Source: Spirulina sp. | Lineage (GTDB): Bacteria; Cyanobacteriota; Cyanobacteriia; Phormidesmidales; Phormidesmidaceae | Reading direction: 5' to 3' | Length of the DNA: 64,000 bases | Assembly (NCBI GenBank): GCA_044070495.1 | Contig: JBIPSI010000007.1 | Coordinates: 96,001 to 160,000 of the forward strand | In this document: positions 1 through 9,187 of the stretch, piece by piece | How the letters are laid out: the number at the start of each line of letters is the position of its first letter | Numbering within the stretch: the first letter of the stretch is position 1 | Position numbers and translations under genes: made by a program | The notes under the pieces: generated by a model | What the model saw: the letters and a program-made list of their open reading frames with translations, nothing else | Told to the model about the DNA's origin: nothing | Database searches by the model: none

Positions 1-2025
1 GTTGCCGTTGCCGAGGTTGGTCACATCGCCGTTAGACAGCACTACGGCGGGGGTGCCATCGCCCCAGTTGATGGTGACCGTAAAGGTATCCCCCAGGTCA
101 GGGTCCGAGAAGATCCCGGTTAGGGTGAAGGTATCCCCTTCGTTGATGGTTGCCACATCCCCTAGGATATTGAGGCCCCTCGGTGGGTCGGGCTGGGGCA
201 CCACGGTGACGTTCACCACAATGGTGTCGAAGCCGCCATTGTTATCCGCCACCTGCACCTCAAAGGTGTCGGTGCCCGCAAAGTCGGGGTTGGGCAGGTA
301 GGAAATAATTTGGTTGCGGCCCGTGGGCGAGGTGGAAACGCTGGCCGTACCGTTGCTGGCCTGGTTGAGAATGTCCCAGGTGAGGGTATCCAGGCGTCCT
401 GGATCGGTGGCATTGAGGGTGAAGGTGGTGGGGCTGTCTTCGTTTACCGAAATCGCCAGCGTTGCCCCCTGGGTAATGGTGGGCGGCACGTTATTGACCA
501 CTACGGCAACGGTGCGCGGGGCTGAGGTGAGGCCGCTGGCATCTTCCACCGTCATGGTGATGGTGTAGGTGGCGTTGTCTTGGTAGGTGTGGCGCAGGTT
601 GGCGAAGGAAAAATTACCGTCGGCATCGGGGCCAGCCAGGTTTGCGCCGCCGATCACATCGCTGGTGCCATCGCCCCAACTAATGGTGACCGTATGCAGA
701 TCGTCGGCATCGGCGTCCCTAAAGCTGCCCGACACCGTAATCTGACCACCCTCGTTAATACTGCTTTGGTTCGTGGTTAGCCCGGTGATGATCGGGGCTT
801 CGTTGACATCCAAAATGTTGACGGTGACCAACTGCTCGTTGCTTAGCCCCCCGGCATCGGTGGCCCGCACCAACAGGTTATAGGCGGTGGCAAAGGTTTC
901 AAAGTTGAGATCGTCCGCATCGTTGACGGTGATCGCCCCCGTGCTGGCGTTAATCAGAAAGGCTCGGTTGCCGTCGTTGTCGTTGTCGGGGTTGCCCGAC
1001 ACCAGCGACCAGGTCAGTCCGGGCTCGTTGGCGGTTACCGTACCCACCGCCACCCCATTGGCCGAGTGCTCGTTAATGTTAAAGACTTGGTTCGGCGTAA
1101 TCTGCGGGGCCGTATTCAGGTTGAGCTGTACCGCCCCCGTGGCCGACCCTACCCCATCCACCGCAAAGTAGTAGGTGGTGCCCGCCACGGCGGTAAAGGT
1201 CACCTGGCTCTTGAGGTTGCTGCCGCTGATGTTGTCGTTAAAAGCCACCTGGTTAAGGCTGTTGACGGAACCGCCCGTATACACCGCCAGCACCGTGTTG
1301 TTGAGGGCGCTGCCGATGGTATCCAACGTAATCAGCCCCGTGGTGGTCGCCGTCCACTGCCACCAGATCGAATTGTTGAGGCTCTCCTGCACGGACTGGT
1401 TCAATCCGCTTACATTGGGGTCGTGGATGGGTTCGCCCAACTGGTGGGTCGCCCCTACGGTGGTTCCGGTGTTGGTGCTGGGCGTCCACACCGTGGCACC
1501 AGCAAAGTTGTCGGTTCCCAGCACCGCTCGGTATTGGGCCGCCAAAGCAGCACCGACCAACAACCGAGGCGAAACCTGCCCCACGGTGGTATCGAGCCGC
1601 CAGTCGCCCCCCAAATCGCCATGGCCCACCAGCCGAGGGGAAGCCGCAACCCCTGCCCCGGTCAAATGGTGGATTCTCGCCAAAAACTCAGCCCCGGCAT
1701 CCCCCGCCGCCACCTGACAACCGTAGAGGTAAATTTGGGGCGAGGAATCGGTGGCGAACCAGTGACCTAGGGCCTCGGTGTAGCGATCCAGGCTGTCCAA
1801 ATCCAGGTGGGTGTTGCCTAGGCTGAGGCGTCCCGGCGCACCGTGGGCCACCACAATCAGGGTATCCGTTGGGTGATGCCCCAGGGCCTCGGTGATCACC
1901 GCCACCCCATCCTCATCGGCCTGGATAACGCGGAGAGAACCCTGGCCGCCTAGCTCATCCATCAAGCGCCAGCATTCATCTACCTGAGAATCGACAACAA
2001 TGAGAGGACTAGGGTAGTTTGCCAT
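1..2025 (-). CDS. Large surface/secreted protein, 5' part (runs off window): DUF4347 domain, then cadherin and PKD/Ig-like repeats
   Basis: Not in the ORF track; translated by hand. ATG at 2025 has an AGGAG RBS and the frame is open to position 1. N-terminus MANYPSPLIVVDSQVD...LIVVAHGAPGRLSLG...IYLYGCQVAAGDAG...GDWRL is DUF4347-like. Cadherin-like LNFET...YNLLVRATDAGGLS...VTVNILDVNEAP and PKD-like VTISWGDGT / VTINWGDGT follow. Confidence 0.85.
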   Translation of the reverse strand, partial: MANYPSPLIVVDSQVDECWRLMDELGGQGSLRVIQADEDGVAVITEALGHHPTDTLIVVAHGAPGRLSLGNTHLDLDSLDRYTEALGHWFATDSSPQIYLYGCQVAAGDAGAEFLARIHHLTGAGVAASPRLVGHGDLGGDWRLDTTVGQVSPRLLVGAALAAQYRAVLGTDNFAGATVWTPSTNTGTTVGATHQLGEPIHDPNVSGLNQSVQESLNNSIWWQWTATTTGLITLDTIGSALNNTVLAVYTGGSVNSLNQVAFNDNISGSNLKSQVTFTAVAGTTYYFAVDGVGSATGAVQLNLNTAPQITPNQVFNINEHSANGVAVGTVTANEPGLTWSLVSGNPDNDNDGNRAFLINASTGAITVNDADDLNFETFATAYNLLVRATDAGGLSNEQLVTVNILDVNEAPIITGLTTNQSSINEGGQITVSGSFRDADADDLHTVTISWGDGTSDVIGGANLAGPDADGNFSFANLRHTYQDNATYTITMTVEDASGLTSAPRTVAVVVNNVPPTITQGATLAISVNEDSPTTFTLNATDPGRLDTLTWDILNQASNGTASVSTSPTGRNQIISYLPNPDFAGTDTFEVQVADNNGGFDTIVVNVTVVPQPDPPRGLNILGDVATINEGDTFTLTGIFSDPDLGDTFTVTINWGDGTPAVVLSNGDVTNLGNGN

Positions 2026-3027
2026 GATCTGACGCTCCTAAACTTTGGGGGATAAATAAATGAGGGGGTGACGGTAGACAAGGGTATTTAGTCAGCAATC
2101 AACATCGCAAAACGAACGCCCTAAATCCACAAACAGCGGGCCGCAGAACATCGGGCATCACCAAGGGCCAACCCACCCTTATCAGCACTCGCCGCAGTGA
2201 ATTAGCACGCCTAAAACTAGGGCTAGGAATCGGGGTCAAGGGGCTAACTCCAGGGGTCATTAGGGAATCATCTTGGGCAAGTTTTCCCGGATCGAGCTTG
2301 GCCCGTCCAAGACTAGGATCATTCATCAGCATTCCCCGATGCTCCACGAAAGTTTCACGGTTAACATATCCGTGCTTTTGTTGATATTTTTTAACGATCT
2401 CTTGTGAATTCTAAAAACGACCCAAGCTCGGCAAAACGAAGCGAGATCGTATCCAGTACGATGCCCCTAACGACCGACCACTGGGAAGCCAGGGTGGCGA
2501 ATGGCGGTGTTTATTTAGACATTGAACCTACCTAACTAGACCCTCAGGTCACCCATGGAGACCCCATCAACGGCAGAGTAGCCGTGGTCTCACTGTTCTA
2601 TCGTTCACTCATTCCCTATCCTAGGAAGCAAACCTAAGAATGGTATAGGAATGGTATAAAAACTTACGAAGAGGAAAATCTGGAGCGAACCGAAAACCCT
2701 AGGGATTGACCGCTAGCAATTAACCCTAGCGACTACAGTGCAGCCCCAAAAAACCTCGGTATCCTTAGACACCTCATCGACTCATTTTAATTGCCCTAAC
2801 TCAGGGCAACTCAGCGCCCTACGTAGGCGCGGATCTCTCGTAAAAATTTATCTCTGGGTTGGGCGAACTCAGCCCAGGCGCGATACGAGGAAAAACCACT
2901 GGGTAGACCATAGCAATAAGGCTAAGAAACAGCCGCTAGCTTGGCCTAAATGATACTGAAGGTCGCGGAGGATGGATCAGTTATTTATGTATCTTTTCTA
3001 TCCCGTGGTGATCGTGGTGGATCCGTC

Positions 3028-3678
3028 CTAGATCGTCGTTAAGGGAGGCGTTAGGGGTTTTTGGGCCTGGATAACCTGGAGGCTCCCTCCAGCGTAGAGG
3101 CGGGACGTAACGGAATGGAAACCCAGGCGATCGAGTTCTTCAGGAATATCGGCCTTGAGCATGGCCCAGGCGGTATGGGTCTCAAACAACCATAGAAACG
3201 TGGCCAACCCCGGCCAATAAATAGGATTGTGGGGCCGGTGAAAGTCCACCACTGCCACTATGCCCCCAGGCCGCAGAACCCGCAAGATTTCTGCAAAGAT
3301 TTGTTGCCGTTGTCCGGGTTCCATCTCATGGAGGGCGGCACTGCTGTGGACAAGGCCAAAGGAATTATCCTCCAAGGGCATCCGTTCGGCCCAGCCCTCC
3401 ACAAATGTAGCCTGGGGCACGTTGCGCCTAGCTCGTTCGATGGATCGCGGAGAGGCATCCAGCCCCGTTACCCGCTGGCTATAGTTCACCAAAAATGCCG
3501 TGGTTTGGCCACTACCGCAGCAGAGATCCAGCACCGGGGTTTCTGGGGTGAGGGTGAGGTTTTGCAGCGATAGGGTACGAAACCGGGTCTCGCCACCCAC
3601 CGAAAGGGCTGCCGTGCGGGAAATGCCATCGTATAACCACTGATGGCGATAGCTGAGGGGACGTAAAAAAGTTGCCAT
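3028..3678 (-). CDS. Class I SAM-dependent methyltransferase (UbiE-like)
   Basis: VLDLCCGSGQT SAM-binding motif; RVLRPGG post-II motif. Confidence 0.85.
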   Translation of the reverse strand: MATFLRPLSYRHQWLYDGISRTAALSVGGETRFRTLSLQNLTLTPETPVLDLCCGSGQTTAFLVNYSQRVTGLDASPRSIERARRNVPQATFVEGWAERMPLEDNSFGLVHSSAALHEMEPGQRQQIFAEILRVLRPGGIVAVVDFHRPHNPIYWPGLATFLWLFETHTAWAMLKADIPEELDRLGFHSVTSRLYAGGSLQVIQAQKPLTPPLTTI

Positions 3679-3954
3679 TTTTCTATTATGACGGAATTAT
3701 TTACCGCCATCCTGGCCGCAGTATCCGCAATAATCACGGGCAACAATGGCCTGAAGCTCTATCTGGCAAGGGTTTTCGGCCCTGTCCCGGCTCTGCTTGC
3801 CCCCACGGCAGGGCACAGTAGAGTAGTATCGGGGGTATGGCAGCGACTTTAACCTACCCATTGCGTCTATTGCGCTGGCGCTCAGGTCTTTTAAAGCGGT
3901 GGCTAGGATGGCCTGAGCACAGCCGTCCCAGGATGTTGTTTATCTGGGAATCCC

Positions 3955-4524
3955 ATGGATAAGTTTGCCCTATATGCCTGCCCAACCGGATCCCTAGCGG
4001 ATCAAATTCAAGCCTTCTTAGACCGCAGCCAAGCCACCTGGGGCACGGAGGCTACCCCCTTGGGCCTGCCCTGCTGCAAGCTGATCGACCCCTTTGAGGA
4101 ACAGGGCCACACCCTGCCCATCTATACCCAAACCCTAGAACGGGCCTACAAACGCGGCATGCGCTCTTGCCCCGATATGGCCCTTCAGGTAGACGGATGG
4201 CAGCAGACCACCGACAGCCTCACCCTCGCCCTTACGGCCCCCTGGTTGCGCCAGGTGATGGTGAACTTTGCCTGCACGGTGAAATCCCCCACCCGCAAAA
4301 TGCCCCTGCGTATTCAAGAACACCTGCGCCTAGTGCTGGCCCAGGGGCAAGGCAAGGCCCAAACCCAGGCCATGGCCCAATTGGCAGAGGAGATGATCGA
4401 TCTCAACCGTCCCAGCCATTGGGAAATGCGGTTTTATCAGCGCACCGCCCGCCAAACCTGGATGGTACGCCAAACCTGGGTCTTGGGCGAAGGACTCCGC
4501 AACGTTGAGGCGCTGGTGGGGTAG
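3955..4524 (+). CDS. Conserved cyanobacterial hypothetical protein, possibly a degenerate 2H-phosphoesterase fold
   Basis: 189-aa ORF starting FALYACPTGSLA, directly abutting the downstream RibD-like gene; fold is a weak inference. Confidence 0.55.
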   Translation: MDKFALYACPTGSLADQIQAFLDRSQATWGTEATPLGLPCCKLIDPFEEQGHTLPIYTQTLERAYKRGMRSCPDMALQVDGWQQTTDSLTLALTAPWLRQVMVNFACTVKSPTRKMPLRIQEHLRLVLAQGQGKAQTQAMAQLAEEMIDLNRPSHWEMRFYQRTARQTWMVRQTWVLGEGLRNVEALVG

Positions 4525-5241
4525 ATGGATCGGCCTTGGATCACCCTGGTGTTGGCCATGAGCCTGGATGGCAAAATTGCCGATACCCAGCGACGGGCGG
4601 CGCGATTTTCTTCCCAGGCCGATCTTGAACACCTGGAGGCCAGGGTAGCGGCGGCGGATGGCGTGCTGTTTGGCGGCGGCACCCTGCGAGCCTACGGCAC
4701 CACCCTCAGCGTCCGCAATCCTGCGCTGATTGAAGCCCGCCGTCAGCGAGGCCAACCCAATCAGCCCATTCACATTGTTTGGTCACCATCGGGGCAACTA
4801 GATCCGCAGTGGCGCTTTTTTCAGCAGCCCATCCCCCGTGGACTGATTACCACCACCGCCGGGGCAAAACCCTGGCAATCGGGGGCGCACTTTGATCGCC
4901 TGTGGGTGATGCCCGATGACCAGATCGCTCCCTGGAATTGGCCAGAACTGCTAGCTCAGTTTCCCGCCCAAGGGCTCCACAGCCTAGCCCTCCTCGGCGG
5001 CGGTTACCTCACCGCCGAACTCCTTCGCCACGGGCTGGTTCATGAGGTTTACATTACCCTCTGCCCCCTACTGCTGGGGGGTGCCACCGCCCCCACCCCC
5101 GTGGATGGCGAGGGGTTTTTGGCCGAAGTCGCCCCCCGCCTTACCCTCTTGGAAAGCCACGTTGTGGGCGACGAAGTGTTTCTGCACTACCTCGTCCAAT
5201 CACCGCCCCACCGGCCCACGGCCCGTCGTACCAGGCCTTGA
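4525..5241 (+). CDS. RibD C-terminal-domain (pyrimidine reductase-like) family protein
   Basis: RPWITLVLAMSLDGKIA, ADGVLFGGGTLR, LLGGGYL, ITLCPLLLGG. Confidence 0.85.
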   Translation: MDRPWITLVLAMSLDGKIADTQRRAARFSSQADLEHLEARVAAADGVLFGGGTLRAYGTTLSVRNPALIEARRQRGQPNQPIHIVWSPSGQLDPQWRFFQQPIPRGLITTTAGAKPWQSGAHFDRLWVMPDDQIAPWNWPELLAQFPAQGLHSLALLGGGYLTAELLRHGLVHEVYITLCPLLLGGATAPTPVDGEGFLAEVAPRLTLLESHVVGDEVFLHYLVQSPPHRPTARRTRP

Positions 5242-5256
5242 TGCTAAGCAAAGTTT

Positions 5257-5312
5257 TGTAATCAACGCTACAGTTTTAGGGCAAGATCCGCAAAAATGTA
5301 GTTGTCGCTACA
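5257..5312 (+). promoter_or_regulatory. Two perfect NtcA boxes (GTA-N8-TAC)
   Basis: TGTA-ATCAACGC-TACA (5257-5272) and TGTA-GTTGTCGC-TACA (5297-5312), 40 bp apart, just upstream of the small ORF at 5331. Confidence 0.8.
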
Positions 5313-5330
5313 GATTGCAGGAGACTTGCC

Positions 5331-5462
5331 ATGCTTCCTCCCAGCTCCAGCCAGAATCGTCGCCAAGTCATCAGCGAACTGCGCCACCAGCTCCGCTACG
5401 CCAGCATTGAAGAACGGTCTCGCATTCGCCAGGAACTGAATTTCTGGATGCAGCACCGCTAA
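5331..5462 (+). CDS. 43-aa Arg/Gln-rich small protein, PirA (Ssr0692)-like candidate
   Basis: AGGAG RBS; MLPPSSSQNRRQVISELRHQLRYASIEERSRIRQELNFWMQHR; dual NtcA sites upstream; below the ORF-track cutoff. Confidence 0.65.
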   Translation: MLPPSSSQNRRQVISELRHQLRYASIEERSRIRQELNFWMQHR

Positions 5463-5651
5463 GGGCCATTTCTCCCATTCCCTAATGGCCTATTCCCTGA
5501 TGGCCTGAGATGATCCTAAGCCCTCCTACTCCTCAATTGGGCTGAGGCAAGGGGATAGCTGTGGTCATCGGCCCATGGGGATAGGCGTTCACCGCCACCC
5601 AAGGTACCCTAAATGGACAGGCGACCTCAGGGGATGGGGGAATTACGAACC

Positions 5652-6059
5652 ATGCAAGGCGAAACCGATCTGAAGACGCTGATCGCAACCATGCGGCCCC
5701 ATCTGCACGGATCGCCCTACGTTTTTTGCACCGTCAACCGGGAGGCCGATGTCGGTCTCCCGGTTTCTCCCGTGGGCACCTTCCAGGAGGAAGAGGGTAT
5801 GACCCTGATCCTGACCCAGCAGCAAGCCTTGGATCAGGGGCTGGCCTTTGAGATGCTGTGGGCCTGTGTCACCCTGACGGTGCATTCCGCGTTGTCTGCG
5901 GTCGGGTTTCTGGCCGCCATCACCACTCGGCTGGCGGAGGCGGGTGTTAGCGTTAACCCCGTTTCCGCCTACTACCACGATCACCTCTTTGTGCCCTGGG
6001 AACGACGGCAGGAGGTCGTCGCTATCCTAGAAGACTTGCAGCAAACCTCTGCCGCCTAG
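5652..6059 (+). CDS. ACT-domain protein (DUF2241/ACT_3-ACT_7 type)
   Basis: MQGETDLKTLIATMRP...FQEEEGMTLI...TLTVHSALSAVGF...SVNPVSAYYHDHLFVP. Confidence 0.85.
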   Translation: MQGETDLKTLIATMRPHLHGSPYVFCTVNREADVGLPVSPVGTFQEEEGMTLILTQQQALDQGLAFEMLWACVTLTVHSALSAVGFLAAITTRLAEAGVSVNPVSAYYHDHLFVPWERRQEVVAILEDLQQTSAA

Positions 6060-6236
6060 GCCAATCCCCAATCCGAATTCCGTACCCCCGCATCTCAACC
6101 CGTCTCATTGTAGGTAGGGGCGAGGTCTCCTCGCCCAGGAGTTGGTGTAGGTCTAACAACTCCGATTCAGGCTATTCCTCGGTGATGTAATGTTTCGTTA
6201 AGCTATGGGAGTAGCGTTGCCGAGCGGCCCTTTTCC

Positions 6237-6716
6237 ATGACCTCTCCCTCCCTAAAGCCAGCCTCTGCGTCCCCCTCGACTGCCCCCACCTGGCGCATTA
6301 ACCTGCTCTACGATGGCCAATGCCCGCTCTGCCTGTGGGAGGTGGAGATGCTGAAACGCAAGGACAAGGGCCGGGGGCTGGTGAAATTTACCGACATTGC
6401 CGAGGACGATTACTCCGCTGCCGAAAATGGTGGGGTAGACTACGCGACCGCCATGGGGCGCATCCATGCGGTGCGGGCCGATGGCACCGTAATCAAGAAT
6501 GTGGAAGTCTTTCGCCAGGTGTACCAAGTGCTGGGGGCTGGCTGGATCTATGCCCCCACCGGCTGGCCCATCCTTGGCCCGGTGGTGGATTGGGTCTATG
6601 GTCTGTGGGCGCGGTGGCGCTTGGCGATCACCGGCAGACCCAGCCTAGAAACCCTACTGGCCGAACGGGAAGCCCGCCTTGCCGCTGGTTGTGGGGATCG
6701 TTGCCGAGCAGAGTAA
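6237..6716 (+). CDS. DCC-family (DUF393) thiol-disulfide oxidoreductase
   Basis: LLYDGQCPLC DxxCxxC motif. Confidence 0.85.
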   Translation: MTSPSLKPASASPSTAPTWRINLLYDGQCPLCLWEVEMLKRKDKGRGLVKFTDIAEDDYSAAENGGVDYATAMGRIHAVRADGTVIKNVEVFRQVYQVLGAGWIYAPTGWPILGPVVDWVYGLWARWRLAITGRPSLETLLAEREARLAAGCGDRCRAE

Positions 6717-6737
6717 CCGCCGACTGGATCGAGGGAG

Positions 6738-6805
6738 AGAAACCCGGTTTCTTCCTTTGGAACGGCCAAATCCCCTAGGTACACCAACGAAGAAACCGGG
6801 TTTCT
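6738..6805. repeat. Inverted pair of AGAAACCCGGTTTCT palindromic repeats
   Basis: AGAAACCCGGTTTCT (6738) and AGAAACCGGGTTTCT (6791); relatives near 48361 and 56791. Confidence 0.7.
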
Positions 6806-6878
6806 GTATCGATGTTCTAGGCCAAGGGGCGCGGAGGGGCAAGGCTCCACCGTTCCCTCAGGCCCATGGAGGATGCCC

Positions 6879-6912
6879 TATAATGAGGACAGACAATGTA
6901 AACAGATGTAAC
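6879..6912 (+). promoter_or_regulatory. TATAAT -10 box followed by an HLR1 (RpaB-type) direct repeat
   Basis: TATAAT at 6879-6884; minus strand of 6895-6912 reads GTTACATC-TG-TTTACATT vs HLR1 (G/T)TTACA(T/A)(T/A)-NN-repeat. Confidence 0.55.
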
Positions 6913-6927
6913 ATTTCTGAGATTCCT

Positions 6928-7590
6928 ATGGCCTCCGTGGATTTAGATCAGATTTCGGCCCAACTGCAAAGCCAAAACTCTAAAGACCGGATGTTGGCCT
7001 TGGCGTCCTTGCGAGATGTGCCAGCAGCCCAGGCGGCCCCGCTGATTCGGCAGGTCTTGGACGACGACAACATGCAAATTCGATCCATGGCGGTGTTTGC
7101 CCTTGGCCTCAAGCCCGATGATCAGGCCTTCGATATTCTCATTAAGCTCGTCACCTCCGACCCCGACTACGGCATTCGCGCCGATGCCGCCGGAGCCTTG
7201 GGCTATTTAGAAGATCCCCGCGCCTTTGAAACCCTGGTGCGAGCCTTCTACGAAGATACCGATTGGCTGGTGCGCTTCAGTGCCGCCGTGGCCCTCGGCA
7301 ACCTAAAAGATCCCCGCGCCCACGATGTCCTCATGCAGGCGCTTCAGAGCGATGAGGTGGTGATACAGCAGGCCGCTATTGCCGCCGTAGGGGAAATTGG
7401 CGATGTAGAGGCCGTAGACGAGATCCTCAAATTCGCCCAGGCCGAAGACTGGCTGGTGCGGCAGCGATTGGCGGAAGCCCTCGGCCATTTGCCCACTCCA
7501 AAAACCGAAGCGGCCCTGCGCTACCTCGAAAAAGACGCCCATTTCCAAGTGGCCGAAGCCGCCCGGATTTCCTTAGCCCGCCTTCAGTAA
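6928..7590 (+). CDS. nblB: HEAT-repeat phycobilin-lyase-like protein NblB
   Basis: Tandem HEAT/PBS-lyase repeats (IRSMAVFALG, DYGIRADAAGALGYLED, DTDWLVRFSAAVALGNL); start chosen at MASVD. Confidence 0.8.
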   Translation: MASVDLDQISAQLQSQNSKDRMLALASLRDVPAAQAAPLIRQVLDDDNMQIRSMAVFALGLKPDDQAFDILIKLVTSDPDYGIRADAAGALGYLEDPRAFETLVRAFYEDTDWLVRFSAAVALGNLKDPRAHDVLMQALQSDEVVIQQAAIAAVGEIGDVEAVDEILKFAQAEDWLVRQRLAEALGHLPTPKTEAALRYLEKDAHFQVAEAARISLARLQ

Positions 7591-7634
7591 CCCAACCCCA
7601 ATTCCGGTGACCGAGGGAGGAGCTAGGGACTTAA

Positions 7635-7795
7635 GAGTAGTCCAATTAGTAAACCATCCAAGCTAGCCCTCATCCCCCAACCCCCTCTCCGTAGGGAGAA
7701 GGGGAGCCGGATTCAGAACCCCTCTCCTGGGGGAGAGGGGCAGGGGTGAGGGTAAATGGTTACGGCCAATGGATAGTTATTTTCATGGAGCACTC
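7635..7795. mobile_element. MITE (family A) with TAA target duplication, carrying CCCTCTCC hairpin cargo
   Basis: Ends GAGTAGTCC...GGAGCACTC flanked by TAA on both sides; inverted homolog at 34393-34575. Confidence 0.7.
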
Positions 7796-7971
7796 TAAAG
7801 TCCTTAGCTCAACGCTGAAATCCTCTAAAGAGGATTGGGGTTCCTGTGGGAACAGGGAACCGTAAGGGAGGCCACGGCTTACCCAGGAGTCTTGACCAAA
7901 TCCGCCCTCAGTCTGCTTCAGCAGACTTTCGCCATCAGCTAGGGAGTGAACTCCCTAGATTTAGCAGCCAT

Positions 7972-8829
7972 TTAGCGGCCATAGTCGGTCTCGTTGTAGA
8001 GAGCCAGGGCGCTGCGCCAGACTAGGTAGCCATTGGCGTTGAGGTGTAGGCCATCGGTCGAGAGATCGGGCCGTAGATAGCCGTCACCATCAACGAACAG
8101 TGGGTAAAGGTCGAGGTATTCCACCCCGGCTTCGGCAGCAATTTGTTTGATTTGGGCATTCACTGCCACGATGCGCTCTGGGGGCAAGGCCAATAGACGG
8201 TCACGGCCTTCCCAGGTAGCGGTGGGGCCACCGTGGGGTAGGATGGACTGCACCACAATTTGGGCCTGGGGATGCTGAGTTTTGAGGGCGTTGACGATGG
8301 CTCTCAGATTGCCAACCAGTTCGGCATCGGATCCGCCCCAGATCAGATCGTTAATGCCGATCATGATGAAGGCGCTTTCCACCGAGTTTTGATCCAGCAG
8401 GGCCAGGCGGTTGAGTAGACCGCTGGAGTTTTCCCCAGAAATGGCCTGGTTCATCCAGGTTCGGCGTCCCGGCAGCAGGCTTTGGGGAAACCAGAGGGTA
8501 ATGGAATCCCCCAGCAGCACCGTTTGGCGGGGCAAATCCGCTAGGGCAGCGGCGGTGGCTTCGGTTTCGAGTAAGGCTACCCACTGTTGATAGTCGAGGG
8601 TGCGACGATCTCCCAGGGTGGGCAGGGGGTGCGGTTGACCTTCGGAGGCAAAGGCATTGGCGGCGGACAAGACACTATCCGCCGGACGATGCACCTGTCG
8701 GAACAGCACCAGCACCGTGAGAAATAGCAGCCCATTCAGCACCAAAGATAGGATTACCCACAGGGGCACCTCCCCCAGCCGTCGTAGGGCTGAGACCAGT
8801 TGGGGATGTAGGGAGGAACGTGACGCCAC
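7972..8829 (-). CDS. GDSL/SGNH hydrolase with N-terminal membrane anchor
   Basis: LLGDSIT, IMIGINDL, DGLHLN blocks. Confidence 0.85.
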   Translation of the reverse strand: MASRSSLHPQLVSALRRLGEVPLWVILSLVLNGLLFLTVLVLFRQVHRPADSVLSAANAFASEGQPHPLPTLGDRRTLDYQQWVALLETEATAAALADLPRQTVLLGDSITLWFPQSLLPGRRTWMNQAISGENSSGLLNRLALLDQNSVESAFIMIGINDLIWGGSDAELVGNLRAIVNALKTQHPQAQIVVQSILPHGGPTATWEGRDRLLALPPERIVAVNAQIKQIAAEAGVEYLDLYPLFVDGDGYLRPDLSTDGLHLNANGYLVWRSALALYNETDYGR

Positions 8830-9187
8830 TGCGCTAGGCTGCCAGAGAGGAAAGCAACAATCTTTGGAGAAGACAGGGCCAAAGGGAGAGTCTCTCCGTG
8901 GCCCAGATTTTAAGCCTAAATCATCATGACTGTGACTGAAACGCTGGGGTTCTTTTCGGTGATAGCTCTAATTCTATATTCCTAATTCTGTGGCCCTAAG
9001 GTTTCCAGGTGGGGGCACCTCTAAACTACCCCCCGCACACTGATCATCGCCCCAAGCCCTGGATGCTATGGCTGGATAACACGGTCTGAAGCGTACGCCA
9101 TGAAGCCTATGGGCCGGGATGATGGGGTCGGTGGCGAGTTATGGAAATTTTCTCTAGATTGGGGCTAGCCGCATTCCCCGTTGCCCC

